DNA of 64,000 nucleotides from Chloroflexota bacterium (GCA_026707585.1 JAPOWQ010000025.1:120398-184397), one strand, 5' to 3'. Counted from the stretch's first letter, positions 27,415 through 39,679 are shown. Notes: a model not told the origin generated them from the sequence alone. A program made the numbers and translations.

Positions 27415-28649
27415 GGCTTGGCCTCGTCCTTGGACGCCTCAGAAGTCGCTCTTGCTGGACACGCGTCGTCCTCGATTCCGGGGCTCGGCACTTCCGGCGC
27501 AGCCGGCGGCGGAGATCCGGGCACGTCGCTCGCCGCCGCCGCCAATGCGATACGCGTCCGTCGTCGCTGCATCACAAGGAATTCCCTGAGAAAGCCTCGC
27601 AGGGTCGTCCAAAGCAGCGCGCCGATCGGAATCCCGAACAGCACGCCCCAGAATCCCGCCGCGATGCCGCCCAGGATCACGCTTGACAAGACCACGATCG
27701 GATTCACGCCAATCGCCGTCCCCATGATTCGCGGCTTCACCACGTTTTCAATCGCCAGGGACACTAGCGCCAGCGCAACCCCAACCCAGATTGCTAGGTC
27801 GAGACGAACCGTAAACGCCATGATCGTCGGAATCGCCATGCCCACGATCATGCCGAAGAAGGGGATGAACATCAGGATGCCGGTACCGACCGCGACCAGC
27901 AGGCCAAACTCCAGCCCCGCGATCAGATACGCCACCACCACCGCGATTCCCCAGATAACCGACGCCAGAAACTGGCCGCCCATCCACGCCCCAAACGTGT
28001 GCTCGCTGGCCCGCACGCCGCGGTGCAGGCGCGCCGCCCAATTCGGAGGCAGGGCGTCCGCCAGCCGGTCCACGCCTCGGTCCCAGCCCAGGACCAGATA
28101 GAACGAGATGATCAATGTCACGATCGTGGCGGCCACGCCGCCCGCAATCGTTCCCGTTGTCGTGATGACGCCGCTTGCCAGCTCCTGTCCCATCGACGCC
28201 AGGTTGTGGCTGACATCCTCCGTGACCGTACCGACGATGTCGTCCGGCGCGCCCAGGCCCGAAAGCCAGGTTTGCAGGTTGCTCAAACCCTCCGGTATCC
28301 CCCGGGCCTGCGCCGTCAGGCTCTCCGCGGCGTGCCCGACTTCCGTAAAGAATGGTGGCAGCACAAAAAACAGGCTCACGCCCGCGATGCCCAGCACCAC
28401 CAGGTACACCAGGGCCGACGCGACTGGACGTGGAATCCGCAGCCGCTGCAGCAAGCGCACCGGGCCCAGCGTCGCCACCGTGACAATCCAGGCCACCAGC
28501 AACATCACCACAAAGACGCCGGCCTGGCTCAACACGCCCCACAGGAATTGCAGCAGCCAAGCGGCCGCCACGGCAATGCCGAGGTAGATCAGGATTAGAA
28601 GAGGACGCTGAGTCTCGACGGGCGAGGTTCCTTCGTGGACCGCTCGCAA
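27411..28649 (-). CDS. AI-2E family transporter
   Basis: ISFYL, FIPFFG, ENVVKPRIMG..IGVNP, GFWGVLFGIP. Confidence 0.88.
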   Translation of the reverse strand: MRAVHEGTSPVETQRPLLILIYLGIAVAAAWLLQFLWGVLSQAGVFVVMLLVAWIVTVATLGPVRLLQRLRIPRPVASALVYLVVLGIAGVSLFFVLPPFFTEVGHAAESLTAQARGIPEGLSNLQTWLSGLGAPDDIVGTVTEDVSHNLASMGQELASGVITTTGTIAGGVAATIVTLIISFYLVLGWDRGVDRLADALPPNWAARLHRGVRASEHTFGAWMGGQFLASVIWGIAVVVAYLIAGLEFGLLVAVGTGILMFIPFFGMIVGMAIPTIMAFTVRLDLAIWVGVALALVSLAIENVVKPRIMGTAIGVNPIVVLSSVILGGIAAGFWGVLFGIPIGALLWTTLRGFLREFLVMQRRRTRIALAAAASDVPGSPPPAAPEVPSPGIEDDACPARATSEASKDEAKP

Positions 28650-28739
28650 CCTCCGATTCTATCCGCCCGGCAGCCGCTCCCGACCTGCCTAGAATTGGTT
28701 GCCGCGGCGCACCGCGCACCGTGTCGCACCGCAGATGAA

Positions 28740-30692
28740 ATGACTCGCGAAGCCGCCCGTCCCACCATTGAAGGCAAGCTGGCGGAGCTGCCCGAGGCCC
28801 CCGGCGTCTACCTCATGCGCGCCGCGGACGACCGCGTGCTCTACGTCGGCAAGGCCCGCTCCTTGCGCAATCGCGTTCGCAGCTACTTCCGACGCGGCGA
28901 CCACTCCTACAAGACCCGCTCGCTGGTGGCCCGCATCACCGACTTCAACGTCATCGTCACCGATTCCGAAGTCGAGGCGCTGGTCCTCGAAAACAACCTC
29001 ATCAAGGAACACCGCCCCCGCTTCAACGTCACCTACCGCGACGACAAGCAATTCCTCTACCTCAAGGTCACCGTGCAGGAGACCTACCCCCGCGTCGCCA
29101 CCACCCGGATCATTGCCAAGGACGGCTCGCTCTACTTTGGCCCCTACACCAGCGCCAAGTCCCTGCGCCAGACCCTCAAGCTCCTCAACCGCCTCTTCCC
29201 CTACCGCACCTGCAACATCAGCATGGCCAAGCCCATCCCGCGCCCTTGCCTCAAGTACGACCTCGGCCTCTGCAACGCCCCCTGCACCCGCTACGTCACC
29301 GTCGACCAATACCGCGAGGTGGTGGACGGCGCCGTGCGCTTTCTGCGCGGGGAGTACGAGCACGTCAAGGAGAGCCTGGCCGAGCAAATGTGGGCCGCCG
29401 CCGACGCCCAGGACTACGAAGAGGCCGCCAGGTTTCGCGACCGCATCACGGCCATGGAAAAGGTCGTGGCGGAGCAGAAAGTCTCCGACCCCGACGCCCG
29501 AGAGCGCCAGGTCGACGTCATCGCCGCGGTCCGCCAGGACCGCGACGCCATGGCCACCGTCTTCCGAATCCGCGGCGGCAAGCTCATCGGCCACCATCAC
29601 TACGACCTGACCGTCACTGGCGAGGAAACCGAAGCTGAAATGCTGGACGACTTCGTGCGCGAGTACTACGACCGCGCTGCCGAAGTCCCGCAACTCGTCC
29701 TGGTCCCCCACGACCTCACCGACGTGGATGTGCTCGAGTCCTGGCTGAAGTCGCTCCGCGGCGCCAACGTCACCATTCGCCGCCCCCAGCGCGGTTCCAA
29801 GCGCCGCCTCGTCGAGATGGCCACCCGCAATGCCGCCGAGACCCTGAACCTGGAGCGCACGGCCTGGCTCAACAGCGAGCGCAAGCGCCGCCAGGCCCTC
29901 CTCGAGATTGGCGTCGCCCTCGACCTCCCCCGCCTGCCCCGACGCATCGAGTGCTACGACATCTCTCACATCCAGGGATCCCTGGCCGTCGGCTCCCTGG
30001 TTGTCTTTGAGGACGGCATCGCACGCAACGGCAAATACCGCCGGTTCAAGGTCCGAGCCGCCCCCGGCAACGACGACTTCGCCTCTCTCCGCGAAGTTCT
30101 CCGCCGCCGTCTGAGCCGGTACGCCGAAGAGACCGACGCCGCGGCCGCCTCGGGCCAGGCCCCGCGCGCTCTTGCCGAAGTGCCGATTAGCGGATTCGAC
30201 CCCGATACCCAGCTACCCGACATCGCCCAGCCCACCGCCGGCTCCAGCAAGGAATGGGGCGTCACCCCCGATCTCCTGCTGATCGACGGCGGCAAGGGCC
30301 AGCTGGGGGCCGCCCTGGAGGTGTACCAGCAGTTGGGCCTTGACTGTTCCAGCCTCCCGCTGGCCGCTATCGCCAAGCGACGCGAAGAGCTCTACCTCCC
30401 CAACCGCTCCGGGCCGGTGCTCATGCCGGTGGACGGCCCCGGCCTCCACCTCATCCAGCAGATCCGCGACGAAGCCCACCGCTTCGCCGTCAGCTTCCAC
30501 ATCAAGCTCCGCACCGCCCGCGGCCGCCGCTCCATCCTCGACGAAATCCCCGGCATCGGCCCCAAGCGCAAGCGCAACCTCCTGCGAACCTTCGGCTCCC
30601 TCAAGCGCATCCGCGCCGCCTCACTTGACGACCTCACCGCCGTGGACGGCATGACTGCCGCCAGCGCCAAGGCCCTCAAGGAATCCCTCTAG
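28740..30692 (+). CDS. uvrC: Excinuclease ABC subunit C
   Basis: PGVYLM...YVGKA..LRNRV GIY-YIG domain, RIECYDISH, LIDGGKGQ, RDEAHRFA, HhH motifs. Confidence 0.97.
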   Translation: MTREAARPTIEGKLAELPEAPGVYLMRAADDRVLYVGKARSLRNRVRSYFRRGDHSYKTRSLVARITDFNVIVTDSEVEALVLENNLIKEHRPRFNVTYRDDKQFLYLKVTVQETYPRVATTRIIAKDGSLYFGPYTSAKSLRQTLKLLNRLFPYRTCNISMAKPIPRPCLKYDLGLCNAPCTRYVTVDQYREVVDGAVRFLRGEYEHVKESLAEQMWAAADAQDYEEAARFRDRITAMEKVVAEQKVSDPDARERQVDVIAAVRQDRDAMATVFRIRGGKLIGHHHYDLTVTGEETEAEMLDDFVREYYDRAAEVPQLVLVPHDLTDVDVLESWLKSLRGANVTIRRPQRGSKRRLVEMATRNAAETLNLERTAWLNSERKRRQALLEIGVALDLPRLPRRIECYDISHIQGSLAVGSLVVFEDGIARNGKYRRFKVRAAPGNDDFASLREVLRRRLSRYAEETDAAAASGQAPRALAEVPISGFDPDTQLPDIAQPTAGSSKEWGVTPDLLLIDGGKGQLGAALEVYQQLGLDCSSLPLAAIAKRREELYLPNRSGPVLMPVDGPGLHLIQQIRDEAHRFAVSFHIKLRTARGRRSILDEIPGIGPKRKRNLLRTFGSLKRIRAASLDDLTAVDGMTAASAKALKESL

Positions 30693-30780
30693 GCTCGACC
30701 GCGGGGAGCGGCGTTCGCTGGGCTATGCGCTCTTTGGTCGCTGCCCGTCCAGACTCATGAACTCCTCCCGACTACCGCCC

Positions 30781-32088
30781 CTAGGCAAACAGCAGGTACC
30801 GCAACCACACCCAAATGGTGCCGATGATCAGGACCATGATCGTCACCGGAATCCCGTACTTCATGAATTGGACAAACCGAATGTGGTGGCCTTCGCGCTC
30901 GGAGATACCGGCCAGGATCACGTTGGCTGATGCCCCGATGATCGTGGCGTTCCCCCCAAAGTCAGCTCCAATCGCCAGCGACCACCACAGAATGTTGTCC
31001 GGGTTCAGGCCTTCCGCCGTCAACCGTTGGACCACCGGCAGCATGGTCGCCGTATAGGGAATGTTGTCCACCACCGCCGACAGGACGGCGCTCAGCCACA
31101 TGATCAGGAGAGCCGTGGCCCCCACGTTGCCCTGCGTCAGCTCGATGGTGAAATCGGCTACTGCATCGAGGACGCCCAGCACCACCAACCCGCCCACCAT
31201 CATGAACAGGCCCACGAAGAAGAGCACGCTGGCCCATTCAACTTCGTTGTACACCTTATGCACGTCCGGTCGGGTCAGAATCATCAGCAGCGCCGCGCCC
31301 GCCACCGCCACTGTCGCCGGCTCCCACCCCATCGCGCCGTGAATCAGAAAGCCAAATATCGTTAGCCCCAGCACGCCCAGCCCGATGTACATGCCGCGCC
31401 GGTCGGTAATGGAGTCGGCGGGGTTCAGCGTCGCCAGCGCGGCCGCACGCTCAGGATCCGCCACTACCTGTGACCTGAACATCCAGCGCATCACAATCAG
31501 CAGAAACACCAGCGAGATCACGGCCGGCGGCGTCATGTGCGCCGCAAACACCGCAAAGTCGAGGTCGCCCGCGCTGGCAATCAGGATGTTCGGCGGGTCG
31601 CCGATCAGCGTGGCGGCGCCCCCAACGTTCGACGCCAGGATCTCCGCGATAAAGAATGGCACCGGGTTCAGACCCAGCCGCGACGCCACGAAAATGGTGA
31701 TCGGCGCGATCAGAATGACCGTGGTGACGTTGTCCAGGAACGCCGATAGCACCGCCGTAATCAGCGACAGTGCCAGCATCAGCCGCACCCCGTCGCCGCC
31801 GGTCCAGCGCGCCGCCAGGATCGCCAGCGCCTGAAACGCCCCGGTGTGCCGCACGATCCCCGCCAGCACCATCATCCCGACCAGCAGCAGGATGACGTTC
31901 AAGTCAATGTGCTCGAACGCCTGATGCTGATTCAGAATCCCGACCATGATCATCAGCGCGCCGCCGCCCAGCGCCACTGCCGACTTGGGAACCTTGTCGC
32001 TCGCGATCAGCGCATAGGCGACAACGAATATGACGATGCCCACCACCACCAGGCCGGTCCCCGCCGCAACCGTCTCGCTTCCGTGCAT
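30781..32088 (-). CDS. ArsB/NhaD (ion transporter superfamily) permease
   Basis: SAFLDNVTT, SNVGGAATLIGDPPN, SAVVDNIPY, GADFGGNATIIGASAN. Confidence 0.9.
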   Translation of the reverse strand: MHGSETVAAGTGLVVVGIVIFVVAYALIASDKVPKSAVALGGGALMIMVGILNQHQAFEHIDLNVILLLVGMMVLAGIVRHTGAFQALAILAARWTGGDGVRLMLALSLITAVLSAFLDNVTTVILIAPITIFVASRLGLNPVPFFIAEILASNVGGAATLIGDPPNILIASAGDLDFAVFAAHMTPPAVISLVFLLIVMRWMFRSQVVADPERAAALATLNPADSITDRRGMYIGLGVLGLTIFGFLIHGAMGWEPATVAVAGAALLMILTRPDVHKVYNEVEWASVLFFVGLFMMVGGLVVLGVLDAVADFTIELTQGNVGATALLIMWLSAVLSAVVDNIPYTATMLPVVQRLTAEGLNPDNILWWSLAIGADFGGNATIIGASANVILAGISEREGHHIRFVQFMKYGIPVTIMVLIIGTIWVWLRYLLFA

Positions 32089-32232
32089 TGGCTCAGATCG
32101 TGGCGAGCCCGTCGACGCGGGCTGCGTGACACACATTACGGCGGCGCCACAAGTCCGTGACAGCCCGCCGTGTCGCTATGGTACGCCACAACTCGGGCCG
32201 TTTCGGCGGGCCGTCACGCGGCAAGTCGGCTT

Positions 32233-32991
32233 TCAACCCTCGTCGCCCACGGCCCGTACCACTGGTTCGGCGGCGGCCCGCAAAGCTCCCAGCGCCGTAC
32301 CCATGTCTCGCATGAACTGCACGATCTCGCGCACCTCCACCGGCCAGCGCGCCAGCCCCACGATGTCCGGCCAGAGCCGCCCGCCCTGCGCCGCCGCCAG
32401 CGCCGCCACGCTGCGTGGAATGTCCCGCTCCAGCGGATCCAGCACCACGCGCACAGACGCCGCTGGGATCCCGGCCTGCCGCGCGGCCGCCAGCATGGTT
32501 TGGGTCTCCATGTCGACTCCAATGAATCCGGACTCGCCGAGCCGACGTTTCTCCTCCGACTGCGCAAGCCTCTCAACGGCCGCCAAAGGACCAATGCGCA
32601 CCGATGTCTCGGCCGCCTCCAGACCGTTCGCGATAGATGTCACCAGGTCCGGCGCCGCCAGCGTCGGGTCGGAAAACAGGGGCCCGGCCCCGCTGGCCAC
32701 TAGCAGGTCGCCGGGCGCCTGCCCGGGCTGCGTGCCACCGGCCACTCCCACCATCAGCAGTGCCGCGAACCGCCGGTTCTCCAATGCGCGCGCTACCGCA
32801 ACCGAACACAGCTGCGTCCCCTGCCCGGTAACCACACCGATAACTTCGACCTCGCCAAAGCGATAGTGGCGGGCGCCGGCGATTTCGGGCACGGACAGGC
32901 CCGCCTCGGCCTCGCCCACAAACGCGTTCAGTTCGGACCTGGTTGCCGCCAGTACACCCAGCACTGGCTCGTCGCCGCCGATCGGTCGCAT
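32233..32991 (-). CDS. Nucleoside phosphorylase superfamily protein (MTA/SAH nucleosidase- or HpnG-like)
   Basis: VVTGQG, MVGVAGG...PGDL, GVDMET, SVRVVLD. Confidence 0.75.
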   Translation of the reverse strand: MRPIGGDEPVLGVLAATRSELNAFVGEAEAGLSVPEIAGARHYRFGEVEVIGVVTGQGTQLCSVAVARALENRRFAALLMVGVAGGTQPGQAPGDLLVASGAGPLFSDPTLAAPDLVTSIANGLEAAETSVRIGPLAAVERLAQSEEKRRLGESGFIGVDMETQTMLAAARQAGIPAASVRVVLDPLERDIPRSVAALAAAQGGRLWPDIVGLARWPVEVREIVQFMRDMGTALGALRAAAEPVVRAVGDEG

Positions 32992-33000
32992 CGCCCGCAG

Positions 33001-33765
33001 TCAGCCCGCCACGAAGAACGAATGCCGTGCCGGCTGCGCCACCACCTGCTGGTAGTCCTCCACGTGCCCGACTGGCTCGCCATCGACGACGTACGGCGTC
33101 GGCCCTCGGAGCACAAACTCGGCTCGGTCGAAGCGGTTGAACACCGTGTGCGCCAGCCGCAACCAGCGCATCGGGTCAGCCTCCGACGAATCCAGATCGG
33201 CCCACAGCATCGGACCGGTATCCATCTGAAACAGCACGCGTTCCGGGTGATAGTTGAACGTCTTGGCCGGGTACTCCAGGACCGCTCGCCGAGTGCCGCC
33301 TGCGTTTTCAATCTCCGTCTGGATCACAACCTGCGCCAGCGACTCCGCCGCCGCCACCAGCCCCGCGTTGTCACTGGCCGGCTGCGGACTCGGTAGCGGC
33401 GTCAGCGCGTAGTCTAGTTCGAGATACCGCTCGTCAATCACCACGGGCTGCGGCCTTGGATCCGGGTCGGTCAGGTCCCGGCTGAAGCGCAACGCCCGGT
33501 CCTTGCCCTGCGCCCAGGCCAGCCGGTATTCGCCGCCCGGCTGCTGGATGCAGGAATCGTCTCTATACATCCACTCCGTGCGGCACGGCGCGATCAGGTA
33601 AAACTCCTCATCCGTCCCGCTGGTCGAATCGACCAGGCGCGCCCGCGCATCCAGCAAGATACGCACGCTGTTCCCGTACGGCATGTGCCCGGGCGTCCGC
33701 AGGTCGGACGTGGCAGGGGCGGTTGTCCAGCGCAGATAGGATCGGCTGTAGTCCAGCGGGTACAT
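33001..33765 (-). CDS. Hypothetical protein
   Basis: GGAG SD, 254 aa, ends 9 bp before the phosphorylase-like gene. Confidence 0.75.
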   Translation of the reverse strand: MYPLDYSRSYLRWTTAPATSDLRTPGHMPYGNSVRILLDARARLVDSTSGTDEEFYLIAPCRTEWMYRDDSCIQQPGGEYRLAWAQGKDRALRFSRDLTDPDPRPQPVVIDERYLELDYALTPLPSPQPASDNAGLVAAAESLAQVVIQTEIENAGGTRRAVLEYPAKTFNYHPERVLFQMDTGPMLWADLDSSEADPMRWLRLAHTVFNRFDRAEFVLRGPTPYVVDGEPVGHVEDYQQVVAQPARHSFFVAG

Positions 33766-33878
33766 GGCAACTCCGAATCGCGCGACCGTCTGACTATAGT
33801 GCGCGCCTCAGGCGGCTACGGTGTCGAGGAACGCCGCGCCCGCGGCGGACCGTCAGTTCAGGGTGAGGTGCGTCAACC

Positions 33879-34265
33879 CTACCCGGGCACCCGCGGCATC
33901 GCCTGCAGTGTCGCCCCCACGTCCACGCTGCACGAGCCGCGACTATAGGCTCCGTCAAAGTGCTCACACTGCCAGCCGGCCTGCGCGGTCCCGGCCAGGT
34001 TGCACGCCTCCATCAGCCCGGCCGACGCACCGCCTGGCGCTACCACCGGCATCCCGAGGTACTGGCCGCCAAAGAAGTCGCACCCGGCCTTGAGTTCACG
34101 CGCGTTCGGAACGCGCGTCTCAAACCGCTTAATCTCGTTCGCATGCTCCGCGTTCTCAATCTGGAATCGGATGCCCACCACGATCAGCGCAACCAGCCCC
34201 AACACCACGACCACGCTGAAAATGCGCAGCCCGTTGCGAATAATGAAAGGTTCTCGTTCAATCAT
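33879..34265 (-). CDS. Hypothetical membrane-anchored protein with four Cys
   Basis: N-terminal TM helix followed by a Cys-containing domain. Confidence 0.6.
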   Translation of the reverse strand: MIEREPFIIRNGLRIFSVVVVLGLVALIVVGIRFQIENAEHANEIKRFETRVPNARELKAGCDFFGGQYLGMPVVAPGGASAGLMEACNLAGTAQAGWQCEHFDGAYSRGSCSVDVGATLQAMPRVPG

Positions 34266-34359
34266 CCAGGAGCGCTCCGAACGCGTTCTGAGGCCGTCGT
34301 CGGTTCACACACCATAGGCGATTGCGGCCGGTTGCTTCCAATGAATTGTCCGGAGTAGC

Positions 34360-34980
34360 TCACGGCGCTCGCTCAGGTCCCCGGTCCAGAAACTCCTTGT
34401 AGAAGCGCTCGATCCGCCCCGCGTCGAACTCGTCGAACGGCTCCTGCCAGTTCCACGCGATCAGCATGAACCGTGAGCCCAAGTCACCCTCGTACGGCGT
34501 GGCCAGCAGCTTCACCTCGCCGAACGCGCCGTCCGGCAGCGACGCATAGACCTGGTTGATGTCGGACCTGACCTGCTCACAGTCGTCGGTGCAGGTGTAC
34601 AGCAGGACGATCGCCCCGTGCTCCAGGTTGTGGACCCAATATCCGGGGTTTACGGGTTCGTCAAACACCCCGTACCGCGACCAGACCGGGTAGTGGTCGC
34701 CAGATGCCGGCGGATCGGCCTCGTGCTCAACGACGCTACCCTCCGCCACGTGCTGTCGGCCTTCGTTCTCGACTCGGATGCGTTGCGGCGCGTCGGTCTC
34801 CGGCCCGCGCCCCAGCGCCATCACCAGCATCGCCAGCGCCGCGACCACGCCGGCCCCGAGCACCGTCAATCCGGCCAGCCGCAGTCGCCGCATCGTGCGC
34901 GCGGCCCGCTGGCGTTCCTCGCGGGCGGCGCGCCGACGCGCGCGTCGGGCCTGGGCGGCTGATGGTCCGGTAGTGCTCAT
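34360..34980 (-). CDS. DUF3105 domain protein
   Basis: TM helix, PPASGDH, VHNLEHGAIVLLY, IAW. Confidence 0.88.
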   Translation of the reverse strand: MSTTGPSAAQARRARRRAAREERQRAARTMRRLRLAGLTVLGAGVVAALAMLVMALGRGPETDAPQRIRVENEGRQHVAEGSVVEHEADPPASGDHYPVWSRYGVFDEPVNPGYWVHNLEHGAIVLLYTCTDDCEQVRSDINQVYASLPDGAFGEVKLLATPYEGDLGSRFMLIAWNWQEPFDEFDAGRIERFYKEFLDRGPERAP

Positions 34981-35063
34981 GGTGTCGACCTCAATCTTGC
35001 CAAAGCCGCCGCTACGCCGGTCGAATACGCCAGAATAGACCGTCGCTCTTCCCGGAGCCTGCC

Positions 35064-36500
<1,437 letters not shown>

Positions 36501-36510
36501 CCGGAGGGAC

Positions 36511-36996
36511 CTACGTCCGCTGCGAGATGTGGCGGCGCAGCAGTGGCAGGATCGCCTGCTGCTGCGGGTGGTTCAGGTAGAGCGACACGCCACCGCGCTC
36601 AGTTCGGCGCAGCTGCACGATGCCACCGGCCCGGCGATACGAGTCGAAGCTCTCCCAGGCCCAGAAGGCGCCCGTGTGCAGCCCTACCCCCTGGTCGGTG
36701 AAGTAGTACCGCACCGGAAACAGCAGCCATCCGGCCACCAGCAGCAGCGAAACCACGTCGGCGCCCTCGGTCGTCCACGTCCCCGGCAGCAGCCGCACCC
36801 CCAGGAATATCCCCAGGATCAGCAGCAAGTGCCAGCGGTACAGCAGGATGCGTGCCCGAAACGAGGTCCGCAGTTGCATCACTTCGCGCCCCGGCCGCGG
36901 GCGCGCCCACGGATTGATCGCGCCGCTAACCATCGCGCCATACACCAAGGCGGCCAACGCAACGGTCGCATATCGAGTCAGGTCAGACGCGTCCAA
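36511..36996 (-). CDS. Hypothetical membrane protein
   Basis: Three hydrophobic segments and a short soluble C-terminus. Confidence 0.6.
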   Translation of the reverse strand: MDASDLTRYATVALAALVYGAMVSGAINPWARPRPGREVMQLRTSFRARILLYRWHLLLILGIFLGVRLLPGTWTTEGADVVSLLLVAGWLLFPVRYYFTDQGVGLHTGAFWAWESFDSYRRAGGIVQLRRTERGGVSLYLNHPQQQAILPLLRRHISQRT

Positions 36997-37266
36997 GAGT
37001 CTGCTCCCAACGTCTGCTGGTGGCCTCCCGCGATGCTATCAGGACCATGTCGAGGCACGCTTCACTCCGAAATCGGCTGCCGACCCACGCCGCCTGCAGA
37101 CCTTGCCGGCCCGGGTCGCCGCCTCCAATCAACACAGGCCCCACACCGCCCTGGATGGCTCACCGTCGGTGCCGCCAGAATTAGATCAGGCTCGGGGCGT
37201 TACGAGCGAACCGGGATTGGAGACGATCGGCTCGGCCTCGCGCTGAGAAAGAGACGCTCGTGCTCG

Positions 37267-38022
37267 TCAGACTCTTGCATCCACGCGACGTCTGCCGATT
37301 GTCTCCGTAGCACCCCCAAACAGCAGGAGCTGACGCCGGTCGCTGCGGAGCTCCCAACCGCCGCGACTGGTCAGGTCATCCGTCTCCCAGCGAGCAACCG
37401 CGCGTCGCCAGTCGCCGCCGGCTGTCGGCGTGAACGCGCCGAGGTAGGCCACGTAGCGTCCCAGCCGGCCGTCCCAAAACGCCATGTTCTGCCTGTCGCC
37501 GGCGAGGTCGATGCCATTGCACCCGGGTTCGCGGAACGTGAAGCCGTCGCTCGAGCTGAAGACCCCGTACCGGGTGGATCCAATCTCCGGCTCGAGGTTC
37601 AGGCCAAGAGTCTTGAATCGGTGCTCCGGCGCCGCCGTGGGATCGAGAAAGACGTTGGCCCGATGGGGCTTGGGCGGAATCAGGTAATTGTCGGTGCGAC
37701 CGCTGAACGTCACCAGGGCCAGGTTCGGCTTGCGCCAGGTGCTGCCGTCGCTGGACTCGGCGTATCCGTGCCAGGGGATCCTCAATCGCTGGCGGTCCCT
37801 GCCCAGCTCGGTGGACATGTACCACATGCGGGCGCGATCGTCCTCGTCGATCGCGGTGGCGTGGAACCACAAGTGGTGCTCGCAGGCGTGGTCACGCGCA
37901 GTCGCGACGCCGCCAAGCCGCGGAGGATTGTCGCGCAGTTGCACGGGCTCGTAGCGGTCGAGGAGGCTCAGATCAGCGAACAGATGTTTGTGGGTTCGGA
38001 GTTCCACCGGTTCCTCGTCCAA
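37267..38022 (-). pseudogene. Probably truncated beta-propeller glycosidase-like protein
   Basis: GGAGG SD; YAESSDGSTWRKPNL and SSDGFTF Asp-box-like motifs; sequence loses the pattern after about 220 aa, too short for a full propeller. Confidence 0.55.
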
Positions 38023-38332
38023 GCAGATGCCTCCTCAGACGATCACAGCGGCGAACAGTTGGTCCAGGTAGCCCGGATAATGCAGATCCGCAACACCCGC
38101 CGGAACCGGGGCGTGGCTCCGTGAGGCGGCGTAGGTGGTTGACTTCCATAACATCCGCAAGGCGCTTATCGAATCCCAGTCGGCGCATCCGACGTATCGG
38201 TGAGGCGTCCGTCTCGCCCTCGTCCTCCACCCAGAGGGTCGACCCCTGTGTCGAACTCTCGCCGGAAGCAGCCGTCCCAGCCCCCTGTCCTATACTCGCG
38301 AACCAGGTGAATTTCTTGATGTCCCAACCCTG

Positions 38333-39085
38333 ATGGCCGGCCATTCCAAGTGGGCGCAGATCAAGCGCCAAAAGGCCGTCACCGACGCCAGGCGCGGCCA
38401 GCTCTTCACCAAGCTCGGGCGCGATCTCACCATTGCCGCCCAGCAGGGCGGCCCCGACCCGAGCGGCAACTTTCGGCTTGAGCAGGCCATGGCCAAGGCC
38501 AAGGCCGCCAACATGCCCAAGCACAACATCGCGCGTGCCATCCAGCGCGGCGTCGGCGGCGCATCCGGGGGCGGGCAGCTCGAGGAACTGCTCTACGAAG
38601 GCTACGCCGTCGACGGGGCCGGACTGCTGATCGAAGTCGTCACCGACAATCGCAACCGCTCTGTCGCCGAGGTTCGCAACGCCCTCAGCCGTCTGGGCGG
38701 AACTCTCGCCGCCAGCGGCGCCGTCGCCTGGCAGTTCGAGACGCGCGGCGCCATCGAAATCCGCATCGACGGCCATGACCCCGAAGACCTCGAACTCGCC
38801 GCCATTGACCTCGGCGCCGTCGATGTCGAGCACACCGACGAGTCGGTCTTCATCTACACCGACGCAACCGACCTCGCCCGAGTCAAAACCGACCTGGCGG
38901 CCGAGGGCGCCGAGATCACCTCGGCCGAACTCACCAAGACGCCCACCACGCCGATGACACTGGCCGACGATCGCGCCGCTCGGGTCCTGGCCATGATCGA
39001 GTCCATCGAGGACCTGGACGACGTACGTCGCGTCCACACCACCCTCGAACTCAGCGATACGCTGCTCGAGCGAATAAGCGCCTGA
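38333..39085 (+). CDS. yebC: YebC/PmpR family protein
   Basis: MAGHSKWAQIKRQK, YEGY, TDNRNRS. Confidence 0.96.
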   Translation: MAGHSKWAQIKRQKAVTDARRGQLFTKLGRDLTIAAQQGGPDPSGNFRLEQAMAKAKAANMPKHNIARAIQRGVGGASGGGQLEELLYEGYAVDGAGLLIEVVTDNRNRSVAEVRNALSRLGGTLAASGAVAWQFETRGAIEIRIDGHDPEDLELAAIDLGAVDVEHTDESVFIYTDATDLARVKTDLAAEGAEITSAELTKTPTTPMTLADDRAARVLAMIESIEDLDDVRRVHTTLELSDTLLERISA

Positions 39086-39178
39086 GCTTGGCCGGTTTGC
39101 CCGCGACACCGCTACGAGGCCGGAGGCGAGGACTCTAATGCCGGGCACTTCCAGTGGCCGGATCAACGGTCGCGGCGC

Positions 39179-39679
39179 GTGCTGACGCTCGGCATCGATC
39201 CTGGTACCGCCCGCTTTGGCTTCGGTCTGGTGGAGGGCGACCGTGGCACGAAACACGTCATCCACGGCTGTCTGACGACGCGGGCCGGCCAACCGCTGGG
39301 AACGCGCCTGGCACAAATCCGCGACGGCTTGGAACCCCTCTTTAAGCGCCACCCGATCACCGACGTCGCCATCGAGCGTCTCGGCTATGCCCGTCGCCTC
39401 ACCTCGGCGGTCGACGTCTCGCACGCCATCGCCGTCGCCCACTTGGTCGCCGCCGACCACGGTGTCCCGGTCGAGGAATACGCCCCGCGCGAAATCAAGC
39501 TGGCCGTGGCCGGCTACGGCGCCGCCGACAAGGCAAGCGTCCAGGACATGGTCCGGCGCTTCCTGGACCTCGACCGCCTGCCCCGACCCGATCATGCGGC
39601 CGACGCCCTGGCTGTGGCGATCTGCCACGTGAACTCCTACGAGGCGCGCGCCCTGGAACGCGAAGTCGGCGTCCGGTGA
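39179..39679 (+). CDS. ruvC: Holliday junction resolvase
   Basis: LGIDPG, AIE, GYGAADK, DHAADALAVAICH. Confidence 0.95.
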   Translation: MLTLGIDPGTARFGFGLVEGDRGTKHVIHGCLTTRAGQPLGTRLAQIRDGLEPLFKRHPITDVAIERLGYARRLTSAVDVSHAIAVAHLVAADHGVPVEEYAPREIKLAVAGYGAADKASVQDMVRRFLDLDRLPRPDHAADALAVAICHVNSYEARALEREVGVR

